Shown here one piece after another: positions 15,967-29,760 of a DNA stretch of 64,000 nucleotides. The position numbers were made by a program, and so were the translations under genes. Below the pieces are notes generated by a model that worked only from the letters and a program-made list of their open reading frames with translations, had not been told where the DNA came from and did no database searches. The stretch's first letter is position 1. The number at the start of each line of letters is the position of its first letter. The DNA comes from the human T2T-CHM13v2.0 reference genome, Homo sapiens, in assembly GCF_009914755.1 (NCBI RefSeq), contig NC_060937.1; one strand, 5' to 3'.

Positions 15967-16655
15967 TTAAAAGGGCAGCAATTCCACTGAAAAGTCTGTT
16001 TACAGAGGTTTATGACTTGGGTCTGAATTGCCCATTTTGGAGCTGATAGAGCTCTGGCTGGATTGTTTGGACTAGGGCAGAGCTCTGGCATGGCCGTGGG
16101 AGAGGGCAGGTCTCTATGATGGTGTTTTAAAGTCAAGAAAGACTCTTTAGAGGACATGGCTATGCCCAGCTGCATGTTTCTTTGGTGCATCCGTGGGCCC
16201 CGGCAGCCCACGCCGGAGTCTGAGTTAGGCTCTCACTTGTTTGAGAAGGTTGTTTGATGGGACATGTGTGTCTACAGTTCCAAGTAGAATCGCAACCAAA
16301 CTACATTCCCTGGAATGAACCTGGGTGGTATTTCAGAAGTACATAAACTTTGCTTAAAAAAAAAAAAAGATTCCATTTTAGAATATCCATCAAAGTTCAA
16401 ATTTGTTTCATAAGGAATTTAACCGTCTTTTGGCGAATAATCAATGTTTGAATGTGAGCTTAAATCTGAGAGTTTTCCTCTATCCTTCTCTTTGTACTTT
16501 TGCTGGGAGTAAAATGGACATTTCAATTTTGTATATTATACTGTAACTAAGTTTTGCTATTTTTAGAATATGTGGTACCTTTTAGAGGGAATGTTTTCTC
16601 CTTTTATATCTTCATTGGAACTGTATAAATACTGAACGTAGAATTACAGTTGTTT

Positions 16656-16963
<308 letters not shown>

Positions 16964-17455
16964 AACAGTTGGTTTTGTGTGCTCTACTGTGCTGACTCTG
17001 AGGCATGATGTATTAAAAGAATGATCCCGAGTCCTGCCCGCTGCTGTCTACTGACCTGCTTGGAGCTCACCTGCCTGTACCCAGCATCTGTCACTGCCTG
17101 GAGTAGTTCCTTACTTTTGGCATTACTGAGAAAAGGCAGGGTGCGTGTCACGTAAGTGTAAAACCAAAACAAACCAGACCCCAAAAAACTAACAAAAAAT
17201 AGAACAGAACAAAGGGCTGCACGTCCATTTGTGAGCAGGTGGACAGTTCCCTGCCTGTGGTCTTCTTGTACTTCTGTTTTTCTAGCGTGTTGTTCCTGAA
17301 CCTTTTTATTACAGGGCAATAATGTAATTGGGTTTATTCTCACTATGTACTTAAGTTGTCTGTGCCATTTGATTCGGTAATTTAAACTATCTTTGTTTTT
17401 CATGTGTAATAGAGAAAATAATATTAACCTTTTCATGATTTCTCTCATATTTTCC

Positions 17456-18240
<785 letters not shown>

Positions 18241-18509
18241 TGGGTGCCGTCAGTGGAGAGAGAATTAAAGGTGGCAGCCCAGCAGGAGGGATCTGTGGAC
18301 AGCAGCAAAGGGGAAGTTGCTGGAACCTGCACGGGATTGTCTTTTGAGCAGAGGTGACGTGGCATTGCAGGAAAACTTTTGGAAAAGAACTCACGAAGCC
18401 CATTGTTTTGTGTCTTTGTTGCCACTGATTAACTGTGTGGCCCTGGGCAAGTCACGTCACTTCTTTAGGTCCCAGTTTTCCTGATTTGAAAAATGAGTGG
18501 TTGGAGTAA

Positions 18510-19040
<531 letters not shown>

Positions 19041-19963
19041 TGAGCTCCCAGGGACTCCTGCAGTCATAGTCTGCCTTCTCTGGTGGTTCTGGTTGTCCTC
19101 CCTGGGCCCATGGCCTGACTGACAGCCCTTTTTGTTTATATCTGTAGGTAAGGTTCAGGGGTGGAAGACGGAGGGCATGCAGGCAGGGCTTACAGGCCTC
19201 CACTCCTGCAGGTCTCTGACGCAGCCCTCCTCTCTGGCCAGGCTTTGAGGGGTCTGCTCAGACAACTGCTCTCTCATCAGGCCTGATCCCTGGGAATGGT
19301 TACTCCATGGCCCAGCTTTTTCAGAGCAGCAAAGAACTCCTGCCATAAGAGCTGTCTCACCATTGTTGCGTCTCATCCTTCTAAGGACCTGCTGTTTCCC
19401 AGGGAATGGCTGCAGAGCCAGATCACAGAAGTTAGGTGACTTGCCTGAGATTGCACTAGGTCTTGGGCCAGACACAGTGACTGAACATGTCTGCTCGATT
19501 CCCAGCATCATGTGCTTTTCTGGTACATTGTGTTGCCTCTGAAAAATTATCTGAAAAAATTAGAAGGTGATGCCTCATTTAGGATCATAGACTCTTGAGC
19601 TGTGGGATTGTCCAGTCCAAAATCTGAGATCCAGAAAGGTCAGTTGTGACTTGTCCCAGCTCACACCACTAGTGAGTAGCCTAGTCTAGTTCTTTGAATC
19701 CTCGTTCAGTGCTCGCCCCATCAGACTGCTGCCTGGAGGCTGTTGGTGGGAGCCAGAGGCTGCTCGAGTGTTGGGTCCTGACAGCCCTGGACTTAGTCCT
19801 CTTAAAGCACCTTCTATTTTTAAGTAGTGCACGTTATTGAAAGAAGTGGGTAGAACAGCAGTGGATAGCATTACCCATTCATTTCTTCTCCTGGCAGGTC
19901 TTTGGGGGACACCTATGATAGTTATAAAGTTCATTTTACTAATTCACGATGGTGCTGATTTTC

Positions 19964-20249
19964 TTTTTTTTTTTTTTGAGAAAGAGCCGTGCTCTTTCAC
20001 CCAGGCTGGAGTGTGGTGGTGCAACTGCAACTTTTGCCTCCCAGGATCAAGCAATTCTCCTGTCTCAGCCTCCCAAGTAGGTGGGACTACAGACACGCGC
20101 CACCGCGCCCCGCTAATTTTTATATTTTTGGTAGAGATGGGGTTTCTGCATGTTGCCCAGGCTGGTCTTGAACTCCTGACCTCAAGTGATCTGCCTGCCT
20201 CGGCCTCCCAGAGTGCTAGGATTACAGGCATGAGCCACCGCATCCGGCC
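19964..20249 (-). mobile_element. Alu (AluS-like)
   Basis: Antisense dimer; TSD gtgctgattttct. Confidence 0.92.
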
Positions 20250-20556
20250 AGTGCTGATTTTCTTAATGCCTTTTATCATAGCTCATCATTGGTCACCAAA
20301 CCACTATTTCAATTATGGTTATTGAAATATCAGCCTAGAATCAGCCTATTGAATCAGCCTATAAGAATAGATTTGGTTATTTTGATTAAGGTTTGGTTGT
20401 GTCTTCATGTTCTAGTACACAAATAACTGTTTTAATAAACAAGTAAATCAAGAAAACCCGAGGCACGGCTGTGGTGGTGAGAGGGAATGTATGGCTTGTT
20501 CTTTCTTTAATACCTTCCTGGATATTGAGCTCACCTGACCTGTTCGCATTTGAAAG

Positions 20557-20922
20557 GTCGTCCCTGATGGCCCCTGGAGGCGAAGCTCATCACAGGATGA
20601 GGAAAGGACAGAGGCACAGAGAACCCCCAAGAGGAGATGGGGCTCTGGGAGACGGCCAAGGCCTCGGCCATTCTCTGACTACGGCCAGCTGGCCAGCCGC
20701 AGTTTGTCTATTCCTGAAGACTCGGTTGCTGCAGACCCCCAGAAGGAAGACCGTGTGGACGAGGACCCCCAGGCAAGCATGACTTCTGCCAGCCCTGAAG
20801 ACCAGAATGCTCCAGTGGGCTGCCCCAAAGGAGCCCGGAGAAGGCGCCCCATTTCCGTGATAGGTGGGGTCAGCTTGTATGGGACCAACCAGACGGAGGA
20901 ACTGGACAATCTTCTGACCCAA
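20557..20922 (+). CDS. SPATA13: SPATA13 coding exon (366 nt, phase 0/0): VVPDGPWRRSSSQDEERTE...MTSASPEDQNAPVGCPKGARRRRPISVIGGVSLYGTNQTEELDNLLTQ; internal ATG at 20779 starts the short Asef2 isoform
   Basis: Acceptor tttgaaag|GTC, donor CAA|gtaaga, open frame throughout; MTSASPEDQNAPVG recognised as the Asef2 N-terminus; splices in frame to the next exon. Confidence 0.95.
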
Positions 20923-22797
20923 GTAAGATCTGGTGTGCACTTCCCCAAGCCAGCAGAGGCCCTCCAGCTTCCTGCCTCTATTCTGTCTGCACACTAAACT
21001 GGATCTGCTTTTTCTCTCCCGTTCTCAAGGGCGGCACCATGTACTTAACCACCTTTTCTTCCTGACTGTGTGAAAACATGCATGAATTCAAACTAACCAC
21101 CTGACGTTTGGATGCCTTTTGCTAATCTTTCTTTCCTGGGATCTCAAATAATACATGAGACTCATTTGCTGTTTGTTTCTGAATAACCTGAGATTCTAAC
21201 CAGGGAAAGGTAGCAGGGCATATTTAGTAAGACTCCTGAAAGAAGTAATTGTTGAAAAAGACAGTATTGTTCATTGTTAAAATGTAAAGATAAAATGTAA
21301 AGAAGAAATAAATAAAATGTAAAGAAGAAATAGTTTTTTAGGAGATGAGAAAGTATTTTGTTTTCCACCATTTTCTTATTTTTTTTTTGAGTTGCAACTT
21401 TGCAACTATTAATAGTTTGACAATGGATTAAACACTTAGTACTGGTTTCTTAGTATAGTTTAGTAATTCAACAAATATTTATCCGGGTATCCAGTGAGCA
21501 CTTTGAAAATACAAAACATTTAATTAAAGACCCTATCTTGGAGAAGTGTATACTTATTTGTGGAGGCTAATACCTTGGCCATGGTAAACATTCACAGAAC
21601 AATATATGAGTAATATATATGCCCACTTTCATTTTTAAAACCTGGTAGCTGATGTCGTAAGTAACCCATAAAATTATCTTAAAAGGGAACTCCTATGGAG
21701 TACTAGTACTGGATTGTATACGTCTACATTTTTCCTGTAAAGCCCCACACAATGCCTTGTCTATAACAAGCACTCAAAAACTCTTGCTTAAATAAATTGA
21801 ATTGATTTCTTAAGGTTAAAAAATTAAGTTGCAGAATATCATGAAAATGTTAAGAACCTTTTGTCTGAAGGTGCTCCACTGTTGGGAAATGATTCTGTAC
21901 TGAAGCAAATTGTCACGCATTTTAACTCAGAACAATAGTCCAGGATGCTCCACAGCCTTAGAAAGGGTTTCACTTCAGAGCAGCCAAAAGGAATGTGCGA
22001 AGTAATTTTCTGTACTATAACCTAATGTAGGGAATTGAGTGGGAAAATTGTAAGAAAACCTAAGGAATTACATAAGCAGGATATGCATGTAATAAACAAA
22101 AGAAGAAAAAAAGAAATCTAAGGAACGTATAAAGCAACTGGGCCTTTGATTAATAGTTTTAGGGATCGCTATTATAGAAAACCAGAAGGGCATTATAAGA
22201 GAGACCTGGGCAACTACATGGAAAACCACTTCTTTCAACTAAAGCTCCACTGCCGTGTGAGTTTGGGTAAGCAAGGCTTGCCTTCAGCTCCACAGATCCT
22301 TACTGAGGGCTCATCTATGCCAGGCTCTGTGTCGGTGGGGAGGAGTAAATGAGGCTGAAGAAGGATGTGAGGATCACAGATGGCCACCCTGGCCGGGTTT
22401 GTGGCCTTGTCCTGGCTTCCTCCAGAGGCCACCCCTGGGAAAGCATCTTCTTACCCTTGTGACCCTGCATCTGTGTGACAACTCCACTGCTTCCTAAATG
22501 TGCCTTCATCTTCTCAGAAGCTTCTTTTTCCTTAGTGTGACCTATTGGCATGTTGCAGACAAGTGAGATGAAACATGAGGCTGCAGGGTGCGGGCCAGTA
22601 AGCTGATCAGGATTGTTAAAAACTGTAGCATCATGAGTTGCCACTGGGCTTCGGTGCAGCCTGCAACTCGTGGCAGGATTGGAGAAACCATTTCACGTCT
22701 GTGAGTGGCTTCGAGGTGAGAGCGCTATGCGTGTGAGGTGCTTGCAAGAGCTGCCACTTCCTGGTACCTCCTCACAGATTTTGCTTTCTTTTTGCAG

Positions 22798-22942
22798 CCG
22801 GCTTCCAGGCCGCCCATGCCTGCTCACCAGGTGCCACCCTACAAGGCTGTGTCGGCCCGGTTCCGGCCCTTCACATTCTCCCAGAGCACCCCCATTGGGT
22901 TGGACCGTGTGGGACGCCGGCGGCAGATGAGAGCATCCAACG
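22798..22942 (+). CDS. SPATA13: SPATA13 coding exon (145 nt, phase 0/1): PASRPPMPAHQVPPYKAVSARFRPFTFSQSTPIGLDRVGRRRQMRASN
   Basis: Acceptor ttgctttctttttgcag|CCG, donor AACG|gtgagt; frame continues into the exon at 55215. Confidence 0.95.
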
Positions 22943-23229
22943 GTGAGTCTCAGAGTCCCTTTCCTTTCAGAGCTGCTATGGGCCCATCTGACTGTTTCCA
23001 GCTAACCTGAGGCAGCAGGTTCTGCACCTTCGCGCCTCCCTTGGGCCAGGGCGCGTTTGTCTGGGAGTGAGGACGGCTCATCTCAGGAGAATGGTGCATC
23101 ATTTGCTGTCTGGGGTAGATGCTCTGTGTGCCAGGCTGGTGGCTCTAAGTTTGAGAAGTTTGCCCCTCCTGTGGTGTCCGTGTACATACATTCCTGCATG
23201 TGGAGATCCCTAAAGAACCGAGACCCAGG

Positions 23230-23575
23230 CTAGAAATCCGAGATCAACACGTCAGCAGGGTCAGTTTCTTCTGAGGGCTGTGAGGGAGGGTCTGCTCCAG
23301 GCTGCTTTCCTTGCGTCTGGTGCCCTCAGTGTTCCTTGGCCTGTAGGAGCATTGCCTCATCTCTGCCTTCATGTTCACATGGCATTCTCCCCTGTGTCTG
23401 TCTGTGTTCAGATTTCCCCTTTTTATAAAGACACCAGGCTTACTGCATGTGGGCCCAACTTAGTGACCTCATCTTAATGTGATTATCTACCTAAGACTAT
23501 TTCCAAATAAGGTCACACTCATGGGTACTGGGGGTTAGGACTTCACCATCTTTTGGGGGGACACAATTCAATCAA
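23230..23575 (-). mobile_element. MLT1-type MaLR LTR (partial)
   Basis: ttcttctgagggctgtgagggag...tttccaaataaggtcacactc...gggggacacaattca. Confidence 0.75.
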
Positions 23576-23784
23576 AAACATATACCATGTTTGTAACAAT
23601 ATGCAACATGTACCCATATGGCAGAAGATTTTGAAAGAACAGGCAGAAATAACAGTAGCATTGTTAGGGTGGTAGGAATGTAGAGCACTTCTCCTCCCAC
23701 CCCGTACCTGTGTACACACAGCCTTTCCCTGCTTTCTGTAACACTGGTTTTTGTTGTTATGTTAAAAATGTTTTAATTTTAGCG

Positions 23785-24230
23785 TTCTTTTGTCGAAAAG
23801 CAACAAAACCTAACTCTGGCTGTCTTAAGCAAAAAGGGAATTTATTGGAAGGGGGCCAGGTGTGCCCAGAATTGATGGGATGGCTGGGGAACCAGGCTAG
23901 GGAAGGGATGGCATCCAGGCTCACTCCTGGGAGTGGAGGAGCCACCGGAAGGTGTGTGATGGGAGACTGGCCATGGCACTGTCCCAGGAGCTAGTGAGGT
24001 ATCCAGTGAGCACTTTATCTGGGTATCCAGTGAGCGCTTTGAAAATACAAAACATTTAATTAAAGACCCTATCTTGAAGAAGTGTATACTTATTTGGGGA
24101 GGAGTTATAATAAGGAGTTAACTTATTAGGAGTTAGTGACTGTCTTTCTGTCACTCACCCAGGGGTTCAGGTCCCAGGATGGAAGATTCAGCTGTCCGAG
24201 CTTAGGTGATATGTCCACCACCTGGTGGTA
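23785..24230 (-). mobile_element. Old MLT1 (J/K/L-like) LTR remnant, interrupted by a templated insertion
   Basis: aagcaacaaaacctaactctggctgtcttaagcaaaaagggaatttattggaagg start motif. Confidence 0.5.
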
Positions 24231-24649
24231 CTGGAACAGGAAGAAGGGTGGGGTGTCTGTCTCCAGGGACCCTTGCCTTCTATATGTGAAGACAGGCCAA
24301 GTAAGTATTTAACAGAGCAGACAGTACTATAAAGAAAAATAAAACAGGATAGAGAGCATTCATTTCCAAAGAGTGTTATTCTAATGACACTCTAATGAAC
24401 AGGATGCACCTGTTCCATGAACCCTCTCTCTCTTCCCTAGAAGGAGACACCCAGATCCTCATCAGTGGCAGCAGACACCTCCAAGTCTAGGACCTCTTAG
24501 GATAACTAGTCCTCCAGTTCCATGCAGTGCCTCTTCAGCGTTGATTAACTAGAGGCAGATTTAAGCAACACATCCCTACCAGAATGGCAAGGCAGGGAAA
24601 GGAAGGAAATAGAGAATTTGGGATGCTGTGGAGAATAAAACGTCATGCA

Positions 24650-25185
24650 AAGTTTACATTTCAGCATTTGAACAGATTCCATAAGTCAATATGTAGGATG
24701 CACCAAGGCACCAGTGACGGCCCTGCAGAAGATGACTTTGGGTAATGTGAGGAGTAGGAGCAGGTGGGGGAGATAGCCTCCTCTCCAAGGAGGTGACGCT
24801 GGGGACAGGTGAGTAGGAGGCAGTGAGGCAGAGATCCGAGGGAGGAGAAGTCCTAGCCGAAGGAGCACCAGAAGCCCAAAGACAGGCAGGAAACATGATG
24901 TGTCTGAGGTTCAGCAAGGAGGCCACAGTGACAGGAGCTCAGGGAGCAAGAGGCAGACGAGGATGTTGCAGGCTGGGAGGTGGGCTGAGGCTGGAAAGGG
25001 CTCTGCAGGTCATGAGGAGGCTGAGCTTGTTCTAAGTGTGGTGTGAAGCCATTGGCAGCAGGAGCATATTATGTTCCGGTTTATGCTTAGAGAGGGAGGG
25101 CAGTTTGTGGGGGGAAAGGAAGAGGAATGGAGATTGATTTGAAGGCGATTGCATTAGTCCATTTGAGAAATATGGTAGCAGTGAC
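24650..25185. mobile_element. L2 fragment
   Basis: Diverged L2-like text (gtctgaggttcagcaaggaggccacagtg...gaagccattgg...ttatgttccggtttatg). Confidence 0.55.
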
Positions 25186-27309
25186 CACAAAAGCCATCCC
25201 CATTTTCCGTGGGTGCTCATTTTCCCAGTGGTACGAAGAGGCAAAAATGGCCAGCCTTGGTTCTGATTCACTGTGGCCAGGACTGTGAACTCTGGAGGAA
25301 GTACTTCTCCCTTGGGCACTAAATTCAGTTTCAACAGAGCAGAGTTCCTAGGTGGGAAGAAAACATTTTGCAAGTATATTATTAAGTAATCCTAAGAAGC
25401 CGCTTCTATGTTTACCCTTGGTTTCCGGCCCTGCATCTTCTGCTGTGGGCCAGCCTCTCCAAATTAGTCACTGCTTCAGAGCTTGCGTCCCATCCAGGGC
25501 AGTATGGCAACTTCTGGGTGTGTCTCCCAGCTGCCTCTGTAACTTCATTTTTATTTGGTTGTTATTGGGTGTGATGGGGTCATGTGCTTCCTTCTCTGTG
25601 ACGTTCTGGGCCTGGATGGCGTGTGAGATGCTGCGACAGGATAGGGGCCTTCTAGAGGATCCACAGAGTGCAGGAAAACAAATCCAAGCCCAGCATAAGT
25701 GGCCCTTCCAGTAGGGACAAATCACCACCCCCTCTATTATGAAAAGGCCCCACTGCAATCAGCTTTCCGCAAGGGGCTGTCTGGTTCCTGCGGGGAACCG
25801 TATCATCAGCTTTGTTGAGGGGAAGGCCCAGACTTCCTGTGGTTTAGCCCAGGCTTGGCATCCATTTTTGCCACCATGGCCTTTTTCTTGCTTGCTTCTT
25901 TTTTTTTTTCCTTTTTATGAACCCACTGAGCAAGTATCAAGATGACTAGGAAGGAAGACTGGCATCTAGCTGCACATTGGGACAGCATGTCCACATGATG
26001 ATTGATTAGCCTCTCTTGCAATAAGGATTCATGTAGGATGGACATCATCTCATGCTCTGCGGGTATTCTGAGGTAGCCAGTTATACTCCTTCCCCAAACC
26101 CATCCTCAGCCCATCTTGTTCTTTCCACATTCCTCCAGGCCATTCAGCCAGGCCATTAGCTCCTAACCAGGAGTGCGCACGAGCTAAATCCTTGCCTTGC
26201 CAAAGCCATCTCTCCTACTCAGAAAGGCTTGGGAAGAGTATTGCTTACATTTGCCGCCGGGAGTTTCCCTGTCCTGAGGACACAGTCACCAGGCTGATGG
26301 TAGGAGTTCTCTTTGAGAAGCTAGGAAGAAGACTTGTAGTAGGATGCCTACCCTGAGGCTCCCTGGCTCTGCTCCATCAAGAGGCCTGAGTCTGGGAGTT
26401 GAGTGAGGGCCCTCCCTTGTCTTCTCTGTCATGGTGGCTCAGGTCGGGCTCTGCTTGCCAGCCCTGGAGAGTTCCTCCTACACAATGTTGTGGTACCTTT
26501 GTGGAATCACTCATCTGTTTTGTTCCTGGGGACCCCGAGATCAGTTAACAGCACAACCAGAGATTTCACAGGTCAAACCATTCAGATGACCAAGCTGGCC
26601 CTGCTGTGTGGTATAGTAACTATGCCCACCTTTTTCCCATGACAGATGTCCCACCCCCATGGAGGACCAGGTTTGCATTGCAGTGGAACCATCTCTCAGC
26701 AGCATCTCTGGCCTAGAGAGATTAGCAGTACATTAATTATAAAAGCTGCTGTCACATGGGAGATGCAGCCCAAGGGGTGGTGAGACTCACATGATAGACC
26801 ATCTCTAGCATTTCCATCCCAGTCCTGGAACTCCTTCCTTTCTATGCACTGAGGGTTTTAGGTTTATATACCAACGAAGTGCTAGAATGGCATCCAGCTC
26901 AGTAAGCCCACAAATTGAGCTCAGCAAACCAGCTGTAAAAGCATCATTTTGAGACACGTTGGGGAGATTTTCAGATGAACTGAATATTTGGCAACATGAA
27001 GGAATTATTTTTAATTTTGTTAGTTGGGATAAGATAGTGCAGTTATTTTTAAGTCCTTGTTTGTTATACACAGATAGTGAAATACTTTCTGCATAAAATA
27101 TGATATGTGAGATTTGTTTTAAAATACTCCAAAAAAGTTGGTGGGAAATAGTTGAAACAATATTGGCAAAAGACTGATAATCGTGGGTTCATGGTATTAT
27201 CTGCTTTTGTGTGTATTTGAAATTTTCTGTAGTATCAACTTTTAAATAATAATGAAAGTATATTTCTCCTCCCTGGTCAAGTATTCTCAAAATCTTGATA
27301 ACCAAAGGT

Positions 27310-27575
27310 TGGTAAATGGATATAAAAATAGAGCTAGACAGGAAGAATAAGTCCTACTGTGCCACAGTTAATGACAATGTATTGTATAGTTCAAAATAGC
27401 TAGAAGAGAGGATTCAAATGTTCTTAATACAAATAAATGATAAGTGCTTGGGGTGATGATATGCTAATTACCCTGATTTGCTCATTCCACATTGTATACA
27501 TATATTGAAATATCACACTGTACCCCATAAATATTGTACAATTATTATGTGAGTTTAAAATAATAATATAAAAAA
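27310..27575 (+). mobile_element. L1MA/MB 3' terminus
   Basis: aaaatagctagaagagaggattc...gtgatgatatgctaattaccctgatttg...ccccataaatattgtacaattatt. Confidence 0.8.
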
Positions 27576-29071
27576 CTCTCCAAATTAAGTAGTATCCACA
27601 ACTAAATTTTTCTCAAAATATAGAAAATTGAACATTGCATTTAATTTTTTTTTTTTTAAAGAAATGAAGGCAGAGTCTTTCTAGGTGAATGGAGCCCTCC
27701 CTTCCGAGAACTTGGCAGCGCCGTGCTGTGCTCTTCCTTTCTCTCACCACTTTTCTCTGGCCCTGTTTGTAGCACCTGTCTTACCTCTTGCCAGCCACAC
27801 AGCCTGCGAAGGCAGGTCATGTGGGACAGGCCTGAGTCATGTTTGTAGGCTACTGGGTGTGTTATTTGGGATAATAGAGTTGGGATAATGAATTTCAGTG
27901 GCACTTATTGGAGCCTTATCGGAGGGAAGAGTGACAACCTGTAAACACCACTGCATTGTTGGGGATGGTGTTTGTGGCTTCACCTTCCTTGGGTTTCAGG
28001 AAGGATGCCCACACTGCTAGAAGATTTTCCTGGGGAATTATCTTTGCCGCCTTTGCTTTGCTTTCAGTGAAGCTTTTCTCTTTCATTTGAGACAACTTAC
28101 TCCATCACAGCCTACCTAAGCTCCTAATTTTTTTGTACTTAACATTGGGTTCCAACCATACTTCTTCCTTTAACCGGTCTGTTTATGTTGATCAGAAGTC
28201 AAATTCGAGTGCTTTTCAGAATTCTTACTTTGAATTTCCCTTTGTCTCTATTATCCATTCCCCTTCTCTTTCTACGTATCTTGTCCAGAGTTCAGATTAG
28301 CTTGCTTTTCTTATCTTCCAGAGAGGAGAGTGTCCAGTTTACTTCGCTGTTAGACTTGAGTGGGAACTTCACAGAGACAAGCAAAGGACGAATGCACACC
28401 CGTGCACCAAAGTCAGTCGATATGGGTAGACCCCTTTCAAAAAAAGATACCTGGTCTGTTACATTTCTTGAAAGCCCTTTAGTTAACCAGTAAGTACACC
28501 GTATTAGAGCATTTAGTAATACTGCCAGATAATAAAAGAGGAAAGTCAAGATGAGGTACAATAATAGCTAGATATAAAAACTAGAGAAAATGCCCTTTTT
28601 GAGGGGACACAAACTTGGCAAGTTGACTTGCTTTAAAAAATGTTTCTAACTTACTGAAGTAATTGCTCAATTTGATTTTTTAAATTTTTACTTTTTTTTT
28701 TTTTGGCAAATATAGTTCTTTTTTTGCAAGCTAGAAAAGAGAAGCAAATTGACCCAGTCTAGCACTCTAGTGAGCTAGGCTGAGTCACTCATTCTTTATC
28801 AGAGTGATACAGTAATACGAATTGCTAGCAGGCAGGTTGTAAAACTAAATCATAACCACCTATCCACATTTTTCATTAGGAAACAACCAAAAATTGAGTC
28901 CTTTAAAGGCAGGTTATAAATAAATAACATCTTGATCTGTGAAGGGGACAGCATGACCCAAATTTTATGCCAACCAGCCTGTCTGAGAAGCCCATCTGAG
29001 CTGGCCAGTGAGTGGTGAAGAGAGGAGTGCTTTTGAAAACGTGCTCTGAAACGATAAGAATTCTGGATTCT

Positions 29072-29335
29072 GGGCAGGTGTGGTGGATCACCTGAGGTTA
29101 GGAGTTCAAAACTAGCCTAACCAACATGGTGAAACCTCATCTCTTTCTCTACTAAAAATACAAAATTAGCTGGGTGTGGTGGCGCATGCCTGTAATCCCA
29201 GCTACCTGGGAGGCTGAGGCAGGAGAATTGCTTGAACACGGAAGATAGAGGTTGCAGTGAGCCTACATTGCGCCATGGCACTCCAGCCTGGGCAACAAGA
29301 GTGAAACTCTATCTCAAAAAAAAAAAAAATAAAAA
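29072..29335 (+). mobile_element. Alu (AluS-like) with left-arm deletion
   Basis: Alu body; TSD aagaa(t/c)tctggattctg. Confidence 0.9.
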
Positions 29336-29464
29336 GAACTCTGGATTCTGCCTGTCAATAAGAAAGCAAGTAAAAAGTGTCACAGATGTGTGAAATTGGT
29401 CCTTGTTTATACCGGAGTTTACCATGAGAATGAAGAGTTCATCTCAAAAAAAAAAAAAAAAAAA

Positions 29465-29760
29465 GGCCAGGCACGGTGGCTCATGTCTGTAATCCCAGCA
29501 CTTTGGGAGGCTGAGGTCGGCAGATCACTTGAGCCCACAAGTTTGAGACCAGCCTGGCCAACATGGCAAAACCCCATCTCTACTAAAAATACAAAAAAAT
29601 TAGCCAAGAGTTGTCGTGCGTTCCTGTAGTACCAGCTACTCAGGAGGCTGAGATGGGAGGATTGCTTGAGCCTGGGAGGCAGAGGTTGCAGCGGGCCAAG
29701 ATCGCACCACTGCACCCAGCCTGGGCAACAGAGTGAGACCTCCTCTCCGCTAAAAAAAAA
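29465..29760 (+). mobile_element. Alu (AluJ/S-like)
   Basis: Full dimer preceded by an orphan atctc(A)19. Confidence 0.9.

Noticed and set aside
20329-20361. atcagccta repeated three times upstream of the 20557 exon
   Set aside because: Short slippage micro-duplication with no recognisable functional motif
22633-22720. Possible extra first exon just upstream of the 145-nt exon (ATG at 22633; gtgagt at 22701, gtgaga at 22716)
   Set aside because: The ATG frame ends in phase 2 at the first donor, incompatible with the phase-0 exon; the phase-0 frame at the second donor has no ATG; a non-coding exon cannot be supported from sequence
24370-24393. Small hairpin agagtgttatt-ct-aatgacactct
   Set aside because: Imperfect 11-bp stem, too short for a miRNA precursor and expected by chance in 64 kb
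22943-26000. Antisense lncRNA SPATA13-AS1, which I recall is annotated within this gene
   Set aside because: Its exons cannot be located from sequence alone, so any coordinates would be a guess
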